Assembly (NCBI GenBank): GCA_965246965.1
Contig: CBDFGD010000002.1
Coordinates: forward strand, 3,701,208-3,765,207
Direction of reading: 5' to 3'
Origin: Vicinamibacteria bacterium
GTDB lineage: Bacteria > Acidobacteriota > Vicinamibacteria > Fen-336 > CBDFGD01
Length of the DNA stretch: 64,000 nt
The notes beneath the pieces were generated by a model, which saw only the letters and a list, made by a program, of their open reading frames with translations, did not search any database and was not told the DNA's origin. The translations under genes and the position numbers were made by a program. This document shows, in pieces, positions 19,355 to 30,544 of this stretch; position 1 is the stretch's first letter; the number at the start of each line of letters is the position of its first letter.

Positions 19355-19452
19355 TGTATTTGGTGGACGACGGGAGTCAAAGGTCGGCTTCTATAATCCC
19401 AGCGAGTGCGAGACCGGGTCGAGGGGGAAGCCGAGATGAAGTGCCAGAGCAC

Positions 19453-22258
19453 ATGGCGATGAGCGCGACCATCGTGCTGTCCCTCATGGAAGTCATCATC
19501 GCCTTGCGCGGTATCCCGCTTTTTGCCGCGGTCCACGGTGAGGCGTTGCGGCGTCTGGCAGACGCGGTCCACCAGCGTGTCCTGCGCGGCGGAGAATGGG
19601 TCTTCACCGAGGGCGAGGCCGGCGAGGAGCTCCGCCGCCGTGATGCTGAGCGGCGCCTTGCTTCTTCCATTGATCGATCGGCTGGACCGCGGACGCTTCC
19701 TCACATCGCTGCTCGCCGTCGCGGCTTTTTCGATACTGCTGTTCGCCTGGCTCGGACGCGCGGCTCCCGGTCTCGCGTTCCGCGCCCTGTATCTGCTCTG
19801 GTACCTGTTCGAGCAGATCCTCTTTCTGCAGTTCTGGGTGGTGGCGGCCCAGGTCTGCGACATCCGCCAGGCGAAGCGGCTCTTCCCACCACTCCTGGGC
19901 CTGAGCCTGCTGGGTGGCTTCGTTGCGGCGGCCCTGTCGTCCGCGCTGGCGCTGCGCGTCTCGATCTCCGTCCTGCTGGTCGTGGCGGCGCTGCTGCTCG
20001 CGCTCGGCCTGCTGCCCGCCCGCGAGCTGGCTCGAGACTATCGGGATCGACTCACGCCCCATCCGCTCGCGCGACCGGCTCGCCTCGAGGGCGGGCTGCG
20101 GCGCGTCCGCTCGGAGGCGCGGCAGGCGCTCGCGGAGCCGATGGTCGCCCGCCTGGCGGGGGCGTTTCTGCTGGCGGCGCTGCTGTCGCGTTTCATGGAC
20201 TACCTGATGGGCAGCGCGGCCACTCTGCGCTTCGCGGACTCGAGTGGTCACGCGGACGTGGCGCGGCTCACGACCTTCTACGGCCTGTTGAACGGCACCG
20301 TGATCGGAGCCGGGTCGATCATCCAGCTGTTCCTGGCGAATCGACTGATGGCTTCGCTCGGCGTCGCGCGGACGATGCTGGTGCTGCCGATCGTCCTCGG
20401 CATCGGCTTCGCGACCATCACGTTTGCCGCCGCTTCGGGACGTGGCGTCGGCATCGTCATCCTCGTCATCCTCGTCGTGCGCTGGCTACGGAAGCTGGGC
20501 TGGGTCTCCTTGTTCCGTTCCACCGCCGACCTCCTCATGAACCCGATCGCCGCCGAAAGTCGGGGCCGGGCTCGCACGTTGCGCGACACGCTCGTGCAAC
20601 CGGCCGGCGCCCTCGCGGGAGGTGCGCTGCTGGTGGCGTTCGGGCGCGGCGATCTCGCGCCCCTCGCGCTCGTGGGCCTGATGGTCAGCCTGGCCTTCGT
20701 CGCGGTCGCGATTCGGCTCGAGCGCGACTACCTGGAGAGCCTGATGGGCGGGTTGCTCGCGCGGTCGCGCTTCGCCCCGCCGGTCGGCTCCGAGCCGGCG
20801 AGTTCCTTCGCCGAGAGCGGACGCGCCGTCTCGAAGGTGCGGCGCGAGCTCGCGGCCGAGGACCCGGTCGTTCGTCTCATCGCGGTGAGGGTGATGGCCG
20901 AGATGCGCGCACCGGGGGTGACGAAGGCGCTGCTCGCGCGGCTGGACGCGGAGCCGGACGACCGCGTGCGGGCCACGATTCTCTCGGCCCTCGCATCGGT
21001 GGGCCGCGGCGACCGCGTGGTCGAGGCGGTGGTGGCCGGTCACCTCGAACACGCAGACAGCCGGGTCCGGGCCAACGCGCTCGAGTGTGCCCGGCGGCTC
21101 GGCGTCAGTGGGTCCGAGCGTCTCGGCGATCTGCTCGCGGACGATGCTCCTCGGGTTCGCGTCAATGCTGCGCTGTGGCACGATGCGGTCGAGCCCGGGA
21201 GCGGTCGCGCTCGGCTGCTGGAGCTCGCCCGCTCGCGCAAGCCCACCGAGCGCGTCGCGGCGATCTACGGGCTGGCCGTCCTCGGGACGCCGGAGGACGT
21301 CGACGTCATTGCGCGGGGAATCGATGACGAGGCGCAGGCCGTCAGGCGCCAGGCCGTTCTCAGCCTGGCCGAGACGGGGCAGCGCAAGGCCTTGCAGACA
21401 CTGATCGAGATCGTCGAGGAGCGGCGCGGGAGCATTCGACACCTCGCGGCCCGCACCCTCGCGCGCTTCGGCGACGATGCGGTCGACGATCTGGTGCTCT
21501 CGCTCTGGGGCGGCGACATAGACACACGACGCCATCTGATCTCGGCGCTCGCGGCGATCGGCAGTCCCCGCGCTATCCAGGCGCTCAAGCCGGTGCTCTC
21601 TCTCGAGTCCGTCGAGTGCTACTACGACTCGTTGCGGCTGGCTCGGCTCGGCGAGCTGCCCCGTACGGAGGGTCTGCGGCTGCTCGAGGACTCGCTGGAA
21701 ACGCGCGTGCGCGGCGGTCGCGACAACGCCGTGACGGTTCTGCGCACTGCATACGGCCAGGACGAGGCCTTCGAGGCGGCCCTCGGTCATCTCAACCACC
21801 CCGATCCCGCGAGCCGCGCGCGCGCCGTCGAGGCGCTCGAAGTCCGTCTCGGATCCAGTCTCATGGCGAGCGCCTCGCCGATGTTCGAGCACGGCGCCCA
21901 CGACCGTGCTGCCGAGCATGGTGGCACCTTCTTTCAGCTGCCCAGCAAGAGCCCGATGCAGACGCTGCGGGAGCTGACTCACAGCCGCTCGCGCTGGCTG
22001 CGAGCACTCGCGCTCTACGCGCTCGGTGAGGCACGCGGTGCGGTGCCGCTCGAGGACTTCGCGAGGGGAGCATCGGACGACTACGACCTCGCCCGCGCCA
22101 ATGCTGCGACAGGGATCGGCCGCCAAGGCGGGGCCGATGGGCGCGTCGTGCTCGAGCGGTTGCGGGTCGACGAATCGGCCATCGTGAGAGCCGCGGCCAG
22201 CTCTGCGCTTCACCACCTGGGGCAGGCTGCGGGCGACGTCGAGAAGCATGCTCCCTGA
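19453..22258 (+). CDS. Fusion protein: N-terminal cyclic-nucleotide-binding domain, TLC/MFS-like transporter, C-terminal HEAT/PBS-lyase-like repeats; apparent +1 frameshift near 19625-19650
   Basis: Frame 1 gives the start of a CNB fold (LRGIPLFAAV...VFTEGEAGEEL) and frame 2 continues (AVMLSGALLLPLIDRL); 11-12 TM segments follow, then repeated HEAT-like units (DRVRATILSAL, SRVRANALECARRLG, APRVRVNAALW...). Confidence 0.6.
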
Positions 22259-23344
22259 CCCGGCCTCCGGCGGCTCGCTGCTCTTGCTGCCGGGTGCGTT
22301 CCACGCGCTGGGTGGAATCGAACGTTTCAACCGGAACTTGGTGCAGGCCTTCTCGTCTGGAGTACCGGGCGCCACCCGCGCTCTGGTGTTGCGCGATCGG
22401 CCCGATCAGGTGAATGTCGATGAGTGGGCGGGCGTCGAGCACGCGATCTTCTCAGGCCGTCGCCCCGCGTTCGCGGCGGCGAGCCTGCGCGCCTCTCGGC
22501 TCGCCCCTCCCGCATCGTGATCGGTCACCGCAACTTTCTGGTCCTGGCGCCTTTTCTGCGAGCGTTGTCGCCGCGCAGCTCACGCTGGCTCATCCTGCAC
22601 GGGGTGGAGGCGTGGCATCGGCTCGGCTTCCTCGAGCGGCTCGCCTGCGCCTCGATCGACTGCGCGTTCGCGGTCAGCCCGCAAACCGCCGCAGCGTTTC
22701 GCGGCTCAGGATACCCGGGGCGTATCGAGATCTGGCCGAACTGCCTGCCATTCGACCTTCCCGTTCCTAGCGCCGCTCCGCCAACCTTCGCAACCCGCAG
22801 CCGCCTGCTGGCGGTGACGCGGCTGGCGGCCGCCGATCGCTACAAGGGGATCGACGACATCCTCGAGGCGATGGCGCACCTCTCGGGGCGCTTCGAGCGG
22901 ATCGAGCTCGACGTCGTGGGCGACGGCGACGACCGAACCAGGCTGGCCGATCGCGCGAGTGAGCTGGGGCTGGACGGAGCCGTGCGTTTCCACGGCGCCG
23001 TCAGCGATGCCGAGCGCGATCGGCTCTACGCGGCGTGCGACCTCTTCGTGCTGCCCTCGACCGGGGAAGGGTTCGGGATCGTCTACCTCGAGGCTCTCGC
23101 GCACGCCAAGCCGGTCATCGCTGCCGATGCCGGGGGAGCGCCGTTCGTCGTGCGGCCTGGCGTGAGCGGCTACCTCGTGCCGCCGCGGCAGCCGAAGGCG
23201 CTCGCGTCGTGCATCGCCGATCGGGTCCGCGCGGCCCGGGAGTCGCGGCGGATCGGGGCCAGCGGGCGTGAGATGGTGTTGCGGGAATTCTCCTTCGAAG
23301 CGTTCCTCGCGAGGACGCGCGAGATCGTCGGGGCCGAGGCGTGA
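22248..23344 (+). CDS. Glycosyltransferase family 4 (GT4); single-base frameshift near 22495-22520
   Basis: N-terminal part (LLLPGAFHALGGIERFNRNLV) in frame 0 and the rest (...EGFGIVYLEALAHAKPVIAAD...) in frame 2. Confidence 0.6.
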
Positions 23345-24480
23345 GAGTTCTCTTCGTGGCCTCGGAGCTGGGGCCCGCGTCGGGCGGCGTCGGCTCGATG
23401 ACCGTCGACCTGGCCCAGGCGCTCGGAGAGATCGATGTCGAGGTCACGCTTCACTGCGTTGGGGCCGCGCCGCAGCGCACCGAGCGTCTCGACATCCACG
23501 CCCATGCTGCGGTCTGGCCACGTCGCCTGGCGCGGAGCCCGTCGCTGGCCCGCGTCCTCGAGAAACGCGGCTCGGACGTCATCCACGCCCATGGCATGTG
23601 GCAGCTTCCATTGCGGTACGCGGCAGCGGTTGCGGCGCGCCGGCACACACCGCTCGTAGTCAGCCCGCACGGGATGCTCGCGCCGTGGGCGCTGGCGCGG
23701 CGCCGAGCTCTCAAGCTGATGGCCCGCGCCATCCTCCACCCGAGGGCTTTGCGGCAAGCGGGGTACCACGCGGCGTCGGGAAGCGAGGCCCGCGACATCC
23801 GCGCCTTTGACGCGAGCGCGCCGATCTGTGAGGCGCCGTTCGGAGTGCGGGGGCTGAGCGAGGCCGAGCGCGAAGCGGGCCTCGCCGTGCTCCGCGACCA
23901 GCTTCCGGAACTCGAGGGGCGTCGCATCCTGCTGTTCTATTCGCGGTTCCACCCAGTCAAGGGAATCGTCGAGCTGCTCGACTCCTTCGTCGACCTGTCG
24001 TCCACCCATCCGAACTGGCACCTGCTTGCGGTCGGCCAGCCCGAGGAGTACTCGGTGGAGTGGCTCGAGCGCAGGGTGGCTCGACTCGGCCTGAACGGTC
24101 GGGTGACGGTTCTCGACGGCAAGGGCCTGCCGGCTCCGTATCCCGTTGCCGATCTCTTCGTCCTACCATCGCGACACGAGAGCTACGGGGCAGTGGTGGC
24201 GGAGGCGCTCGTTTCGGGGGTACCCGTCGTCACCACCACGGGTACGCCCTGGACGTCTCTGGAAGAGGCCGGCGTCGGCCGTTGTGTCGACCCGGCCGAG
24301 CTGCCTGTGGCTCTCGGCGCCTGGATGGAACGGTCGCCCGACGCGCTCGCGGAGCTCGGAGCCCGCGGCCGTGATTGGGTCCTGGGAGCGTGTGATTGGC
24401 CGAAGACCGCCGAAACGGTCGCCAGCTTCTACCGAGCCGTCCTGAAGAGTAGACGCCGCCCTCGACAGCTCTCCTCGTAG
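23341..24480 (+). CDS. Glycosyltransferase family 4 (GT4)
   Basis: Intact 379-aa ORF; MRVLFVASELGPASGGVGS N-terminus; HESYGAVVAEALVSGVPVV E-x7-E region. Confidence 0.85.
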   Translation: MRVLFVASELGPASGGVGSMTVDLAQALGEIDVEVTLHCVGAAPQRTERLDIHAHAAVWPRRLARSPSLARVLEKRGSDVIHAHGMWQLPLRYAAAVAARRHTPLVVSPHGMLAPWALARRRALKLMARAILHPRALRQAGYHAASGSEARDIRAFDASAPICEAPFGVRGLSEAEREAGLAVLRDQLPELEGRRILLFYSRFHPVKGIVELLDSFVDLSSTHPNWHLLAVGQPEEYSVEWLERRVARLGLNGRVTVLDGKGLPAPYPVADLFVLPSRHESYGAVVAEALVSGVPVVTTTGTPWTSLEEAGVGRCVDPAELPVALGAWMERSPDALAELGARGRDWVLGACDWPKTAETVASFYRAVLKSRRRPRQLSS

Positions 24481-24507
24481 CTCGCCGGCGTTCGAGGTTG
24501 ATGTATC

Positions 24508-25990
24508 GTGGCTAACGTGGCCGTGCCCCGCAACGTCATGGCGTATCACCCTTGGCGCGTGTGGGGCGCCACCGTAGTCGTGGTGGCGGCGGTTCACGCC
24601 GCGACCCTGACCATCTCGCCGACGGTCGGGCAGGACGAGGTACAGGTCCTGGACTACGGCCGCGCCATTCTCGAGCCCGAGAGCGATTGGGCGCTGGCCT
24701 GGGATGCTAACGCCGGCCGACCTCAGCAGGCGATCACCTATCTGGGCCCCTTGATTCAACGAGTGGGGCTACCGGCTGACAGGCGGGTCCATGGTTGGTT
24801 CTCGGCTGGGCGGTTTGCTCGGTGCCCTCGTGGCGGCGAGCTTCTGCTTCGCCTGGCTGCGCAGTCGCGGTCTGGACACGTCGCTCTGCTGGACGCTGGC
24901 CTTGCTGTGGCTTCTGGATCCGTTGAATGTGCAGAACTACCGCCACGCCCGCGTGGACGTGTGGGCGCAGGCCTGCTGTTTCGCAAGCGCCCTATTCCTT
25001 TCTCGTTACCCGAAGTCCGGAAGCCGGGCCAGCCTCGTTGCGGCTGGCGGGCTCGCGCTGGCAATGGTATTCACCTGGCCAGCCGTGGTGCTCCTGTCGC
25101 CGCTACTGATCTGGGCGCTCGCCGAGGGGTTGGGCGTCATGCGCTCCAGAGGTCTCGGTAGGGGAGAGCTCACGAGGGCGCTCGGAGCGTTCGGGATCGG
25201 TGCAGTGGTGTGCGGGGCGCTGATACTCCTTCCCATTGCTCCACTGCTGCCCCGGATGTGGAACTGGCTGATTGAATGGCTCCCGCTCTATTCCAACCTG
25301 TCGGGTTGGAGTTGGTCGATGCGGACGGCGAGCGTGCTGAGCCTTTTCGGTCGATCTCCGCTCTGGCCGCTTGCGGCCGCGCTGGCCTTGGCAATCGTCC
25401 CCGACCGCAGGGTCAGGCTCACGGTTCTCGTGGCGGCGGCAAGCGTGTTCCTCACGAAGCCGTACCTCCACCGCGTCGTATACCTGGGGCCGTTCATGGT
25501 TCTCTGCGTTGCGACAGCGCTATCGCGGCCCGGCGGAGTGCCCGAGCAGTGGGTGATGCGACTGAAGCTGTTGACCTCGGCGGCGTTGGCCTGGGCCGTT
25601 CTCGTGTCGCTCGTCGCGCGACCCGCACTCGCTCTGATCGAGAAGGACGGTCGCGATCCATGGCGCGCTGTGGTCGCGGCGCGGTCCGGGCCCATTCAGA
25701 GGGGAGATACGGTTTGGATGGGCACCTGGCAGATCTACTTCGCGGGGAGAGCACAGGGCTGGAAGATGCTCGGACCCGCAGTCTTTGGTACAGGTCGGGC
25801 GCGCCAGGCGGCCTGCCTCAGGGCCGATTACGCAGTAGTACGTAGGCGTTTCGCCTCTCCCTCACTCGAGGGCTGTGGGCTCGAGTGGCTCGGCTTCCTG
25901 GATGTCGGGCGAGAGGCGTCGCCGCCCAGTTTGGCGCAGGGGTACGGGCCCTACGCGCTTTGGGGCAGGATCACTCCCGCGTCCCGCTAG
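24508..25990 (+). CDS. Polytopic membrane protein of the polysaccharide locus (polymerase/GT-C-like); frameshift near 24775-24795
   Basis: Two overlapping frames (24508.. and 24791..) together give a ~490-aa, >10-TM protein. Confidence 0.45.
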
Positions 25991-27536
25991 GTTGCGCGCT
26001 TCGGAGATCCTCGACGCGCGCCGTCCCGCCCGCGAGCCGCACGAAGCGAAGCCCATCGCGTGTCAGCGATTCGCCAGCCGGCAAGTCTCGAATCCGAGCC
26101 AGGGACCACATGCCCCGATCTCGATTGAAGTTCGGGTAGCTGAGCAGGTGGGTCACGTGCCGGTCCCGTAGATAGCCGACGTGATCGTAGTTTCCGCCGT
26201 GGAAAAAATCCGCGAGGCGGCGATCGACGATTCCGTCGAGAGAGCGCACCGTGATGCGGTCGTCCCAGAAGTAGCGAAGCTGGACCTCGACGCTCGCCAC
26301 CACGACCGCCTCGGCAGGGCGAGCCGCGAGTCTCCTGAGCAGGTGATCCGTCCGTTCGCGGCGCTGCTCGGGGGCCCGGGCGACTTCCATTACCCGGTGT
26401 CCTCGGGGCCGCGTGAGTCGAACGGAGGTTTCGACGGCGAAGATGAGACTCTGGCAGACGAGCAACGTCGCGACCCAGGCGCGCCACCTGGTCGCGATGC
26501 CCTCTCGCCAGCGGTCTGCGCCTCTGCTGATGCCGAGGGCCGCGACCAGCGAGAAGAGCGGCCAGACGAAGATCGTATAGCGCGCCAGATGCGTGCTGCT
26601 GAGGATCGTGCTGTAGAGGACGAAGAAGGCTGCCACCTGAACCGCGCAGTCCACCAGAAGACCGCGCCGCTCCGGATCCGTCTCGCTCCGCAGCGCCCTC
26701 GCTCCAGTCACGAAAAGCACGGAAAGGGGAAGGTACGCGATGAGCCGGAGCGCAACGTTGCCATGGATGACCAGCGGACCCAGGGACAGACCTCCGGCAG
26801 CCGAGAGGTTGGCCCGAGCTACGCCGGCACTCCAGGGCCAGTGCCCCGCAAACGCGAGATGAAGCAAGATGAGGGCGATTGTGGGTGCGGCGAATCCCAG
26901 CGCGAATGCGGCCACGTCCCGGCGGGCCAGATGGGACCGGGCCAGGCGAAGCGAGCCAGCGATCACGAAGAACGGAATCGACTCGGGTCGGATCCACGTC
27001 GTCGCACCGGCGCCGAGACCCAGAAGGACGGACGGCGCCAGGCCGAGCGACCGCTCCCCAAACCACCCGATCGCAAGAGCGACCAGGAGCCAGAGCAGAA
27101 TCGCGGTGGCGAAGTGCACGTTCTCCATTCCCAACAGCGCGTTCTGGCCCGAGCCGGGGAAGGACGCTGCGATCGCGGTGGCCAGTAGAGCGGTACCGGC
27201 GTCAAAGAGGCGACGCGCCAGCAGCCACACGAGCGCGAGACTCGCGAACCAGGATGCGATCGCCAGCAGCTTCACACTGATGGCCGCCCCGGCGGCGCCG
27301 AGCGAGAGCAGCAGTGCCGCGATCAGCAGCATGTAGCCGGGCGACGTTTCTCCGCCAGACGCCTCACCTCGATTGAATTGGAACAGGTCTCCAGAGGCGG
27401 CGTTTTCCGCGAAGATGAAGTGAATCACCGTATCCCCGGCGAAGTAGGGAAGGTGCAACAACGTGGGCAGCAGGGAAAGAGCGAGAACGGCGGCGCACGG
27501 CCAACGCGAGCCGGCCGTCGTACGCGCTGTCGCCAC
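25971..27536 (-). CDS. GT-C-type membrane glycosyltransferase (ArnT/PMT-like, GT39/GT83-like)
   Basis: 521 aa, ~12 TM helices in the N-terminal two thirds and a soluble C-terminal domain. Confidence 0.55.
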   Translation of the reverse strand: MATARTTAGSRWPCAAVLALSLLPTLLHLPYFAGDTVIHFIFAENAASGDLFQFNRGEASGGETSPGYMLLIAALLLSLGAAGAAISVKLLAIASWFASLALVWLLARRLFDAGTALLATAIAASFPGSGQNALLGMENVHFATAILLWLLVALAIGWFGERSLGLAPSVLLGLGAGATTWIRPESIPFFVIAGSLRLARSHLARRDVAAFALGFAAPTIALILLHLAFAGHWPWSAGVARANLSAAGGLSLGPLVIHGNVALRLIAYLPLSVLFVTGARALRSETDPERRGLLVDCAVQVAAFFVLYSTILSSTHLARYTIFVWPLFSLVAALGISRGADRWREGIATRWRAWVATLLVCQSLIFAVETSVRLTRPRGHRVMEVARAPEQRRERTDHLLRRLAARPAEAVVVASVEVQLRYFWDDRITVRSLDGIVDRRLADFFHGGNYDHVGYLRDRHVTHLLSYPNFNRDRGMWSLARIRDLPAGESLTRDGLRFVRLAGGTARVEDLRSAQPSGTRE

Positions 27537-27541
27537 TCTCG

Positions 27542-28384
27542 CTAGCCTCGGGTGGCGGAGCGGCGCGCCGCCCGGAGCTCTTCAACCTTGAGCACACTCA
27601 ATAGCTCGTAGGTCGCGAGTAGCCGACACAGAACGTACCCGGGGCGCCCGTCAAGGAAGCCGCCCATGACGACGTAGCTGTAGAGGAACCGAAGCGACGG
27701 CCGAAACGGAAGGCGACGGGACATGCCCCGGAGCCAACGGCGTATCGACCGATGGTTGTCCGGGCCCAGAGAGGCGAGCCTGCCGAGCTCGACGCGAGCC
27801 TCCCAATTCGAGTAGCGGTTGTGCTTCTCGACCCAGCCGGAGATGTCCGGGTATGCGTAGTGGAGGAGGTCGTGCTCGAGGCGGCCCGGGTCGTCTTTGA
27901 GCACCACGTGTTCGTGGACCTCATTGTCCCCCGAAGCCGTATCTCCTTCGACGAGCTTCTCGTAGCGGCCTTGCGAGCGACGGAAGAGCCGCAGGCTCCA
28001 GCCTGGGTAGAAGCCGCAATGGCGGATCCAGCGGTCCATGAAGAAGAGTCGACGTTTGATCAGGTAGCCGTCGATGTCGCCATCCTCGGATGCCTTCCCG
28101 AGCTCCAAGGCAAGCTCCCGCGAGACGCGCTCGTCGGCGTCCAGGATCAGGATCCAGTCGTGCCGCCAGTCGATGTTCGAGAGGGCCCAGCTCTTCTTCT
28201 TCGGAAGCTTCCCGTTCCAGCGAAACGGCACGACCCTGGCGTCCTTCTGGCGAGCCAACTCCGCGGTACCGTCGCTCGATTCCGAGTCCACGACGACGAC
28301 GTCGTCGCTCCACGAGACGCTGTCCAGGCAGTCGCCCAGGTTCGAACGCTCGTTGAGAGTGGGGATGAGAACCGAGACCCTCAC
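27542..28384 (-). CDS. Glycosyltransferase family 2
   Basis: GTG start overlapping the upstream stop (GTGA); VSVLIPTLNE...DSESSDGT...ILILDADE DxD region. Confidence 0.8.
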   Translation of the reverse strand: MRVSVLIPTLNERSNLGDCLDSVSWSDDVVVVDSESSDGTAELARQKDARVVPFRWNGKLPKKKSWALSNIDWRHDWILILDADERVSRELALELGKASEDGDIDGYLIKRRLFFMDRWIRHCGFYPGWSLRLFRRSQGRYEKLVEGDTASGDNEVHEHVVLKDDPGRLEHDLLHYAYPDISGWVEKHNRYSNWEARVELGRLASLGPDNHRSIRRWLRGMSRRLPFRPSLRFLYSYVVMGGFLDGRPGYVLCRLLATYELLSVLKVEELRAARRSATRG

Positions 28385-28920
28385 TTCTCGAACGAGCGGC
28401 GCCCCACCACCCGGGCCGGGTTCCCGGCGACGACGGTCCACGGTTCGACGTTTCGCACGACGACGGCGCGCGCTCCGACGACAGCTCCCTCGCCGACGCT
28501 CACGCCCGGTCCGATGAATGCATCCGCGCAGATCCAAGCCGCGTCGCCGACCGAGATGGGACGTCTTTCGAGCGGCATGCTCGCCCGCCGATGGTCGTGA
28601 GTGCCCGCACAGAGGTGAGCCCTTTGTGAAATTGTGACGCGGGAGCCGATTCGGACGCTTCCGAGGTTGTAGACGAGGACGCTCTCACCCAACGCCGACC
28701 ACTCACCGACTTCGAGCAACCAGGGGAGAGTGATGATGGCGGACGGGTAGACGTGAACGTCCGCTCCTACAGTCGCCCCGAAGGCGCGCAGCAATGATCG
28801 TCTCCAAGAGAAGAACGGGCGCGGGCTCCATGCGAAGAGCGGCTGCGCCGTAGCCCAGGCCAGGCGTCCGGCCTGCTCGCGAGGAGAGTAGACGCGCGAC
28901 CGGCGGTTCCGCGCAACGTC
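28381..28920 (-). CDS. WcaF-like hexapeptide-repeat O-acetyltransferase; start codon uncertain
   Basis: ...LAWATAQPLFAWSPRPFFSWRRSLLRAFGATVG... matches the WcaF N-terminal pattern; left-handed beta-helix repeats follow. No canonical start upstream of the conserved N-terminus before the stop at 29023. Confidence 0.65.
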   Translation of the reverse strand, partial: DVARNRRSRVYSPREQAGRLAWATAQPLFAWSPRPFFSWRRSLLRAFGATVGADVHVYPSAIITLPWLLEVGEWSALGESVLVYNLGSVRIGSRVTISQRAHLCAGTHDHRRASMPLERRPISVGDAAWICADAFIGPGVSVGEGAVVGARAVVVRNVEPWTVVAGNPARVVGRRSFEK

Positions 28921-28924
28921 GGGC

Positions 28925-30200
28925 TCAGTTGGGTTCAGCTCGAGCTCCGTCGTCTCCGGGTTTGCCCGCGTAGCTCGCGTGACGCCGCCTCCAATGGGGC
29001 GCGGAAAGTGCGATACCCGCGATCAATCCGGTGAGGCACATGATGTTGACGTCGCCATAGGCGTGGTGGGAGACGGTGTACGAGATCGCATATCCAAACA
29101 GGCAGCCCGTGAGCCCGGCCTGGATACCCGCCGTCGGCGTGGTCGACGACTCTGGAAGCTGTCGAACCAGGCTTTGTGCCACGGCGAAGGCGAGCGCCAC
29201 CCCGGAAAGAAGGCCGACCACTCCGAGCTCGATCACGAGTCGTGACCATCCTCCCTCACCCCATCTGAGGCGCTCTCGATCGATGGGTGAGACCGTGTTC
29301 CTCTCGCGAATGTATCGCGTCCCCGTGGCGATCGCTCCGACCCCGTGGCCGACGACCCCTCCGGACGGAACGCTTCTGATCAGCTCATCCGCGATGGCGC
29401 CGAAGCGACCCGGCGCTTCGGCCGCGGAAGAGACAGCACGTTCATAGTAGCTGGCCTGCACCTGGATCATCCCGGCGGTCGTATAGAGGAGCACCCCCGC
29501 CAATCCCGAAGCGGCCACGAGGCCCACGGTGCGTCTTCCCATGTCGGCTCTTCTGGCCGCAACGATCTGCGTCCAGGCCCAGAGGATCGGCATTGCGATC
29601 ATCTTGCGGCGGCCTCCGAAGAGTAGACAGACTATCCCCAAAGCGGCGGCTGCCAGGGCGGGCACTCTTCCCCGACGCTTGGTCAAGACCAGCGTGAGAG
29701 CCAGCATGACCGTTGTCGCCGCGTGCCAACTCATGAGCTCCGGGCTGCGGAAGAAGCCAGCCGACATCCCAGCTGGCTCCGAGCGCGTCGACTCCCAAGG
29801 CGGCCCAGTGCGGAAACGCACCGGAAAAGTCCAGGACCGTGCCGATGAGGACGAGGCCCATGAAGCCGCAGTAGAGCGCCAGGAATTGATGGATGTCCCG
29901 CGACGTCCTCACATAGTAGAGACCAGCGAGGGCGGACAGCAGCGGGGCCACGTAGCTGAACAGGCCCAACAGCGCGACGCGCCAGTCACCCGCTTCGCTT
30001 CTGAAGGATACGAGCGTCGCGGGAATCAGGCTGATGCAAAAAAGGAGCGCGTACCGCCCGATCCGGGGATAGGCCTGCCATGCGCGCGCCAGCGCCGCGC
30101 GGTTCGCGATGAGGGCCGATGCGATAGACGCCGTCCAGATCGGCGCCGAGGCCACCGCAAACAGCGCCGGAGTGCCGGGCATGACCTTGCGGATGGGATC
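28925..30200 (-). CDS. O-antigen ligase/polymerase-like (Wzy_C-type) membrane protein; frameshift near 29700-29830; 5' end uncertain
   Basis: Two overlapping minus-strand frames give multi-TM segments. The called N-terminus (30341-30389) lies inside repeat-element copy A and is probably not coding. Confidence 0.45.
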
Positions 30201-30340
30201 CTGAATGACGCCTATGACGATGGCGCAGGCGATCCCGGCTCGCCATCGGATCAGGCCGATCAGGCTGCACGACAGGACCAGCGCGCCGAAGAGGCCCTGG
30301 AGGCTGAAGGGGTTGAGGAATCCGAAATCCAAAGACGCGC

Positions 30341-30383
30341 CTAGTGGCCCGTAACAGGGAGATCGGTGCCAGCGAGACCGCCA
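30341..30383. repeat. Partial copy (left arm only) of the CTAG-bounded hairpin element family
   Basis: CTAGTGGCCCGTAACAGGGAGATCGGTGCCAGCGAGACCGCC matches the left arm of copy C (62429-62470) with 2 mismatches, followed by a degenerate core start (gccgaggccctgg). Confidence 0.6.
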
Positions 30384-30544
30384 CCCCAACGAGATCGGTC
30401 ACCGGCTCGCCGCCGAGGCCCTGGCTCCGATCGTCGAAGCGCTGCTCGAGTAGAGCCCGGCCGCTTCGAAGCGCCAACCGGTCACCTCGCGCACCCAGCC
30501 ATGGTGGACCCCGGGCCGTCCGGGCACCGGGGGTCCGGGAATCC

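Noticed and set aside
19354-22442. Alternate-frame ORFs across the CNB-transporter-HEAT gene (19354-21327 + beyond ~19650, 20486-22375 -, 21861-22442 -)
   Set aside because: Same high-GC artefact. Only the N-terminal ~90 codons of 19354-21327 (CNB start) are real and were merged into the 19453-22258 call.
25987-27188. ORFs 25987-27066 (-) and 26181-27188 (+) overlapping the GT-C membrane protein
   Set aside because: Low-complexity Arg/Gly/Pro composition. The 25971-27536 frame gives coherent TM helices and is preferred.
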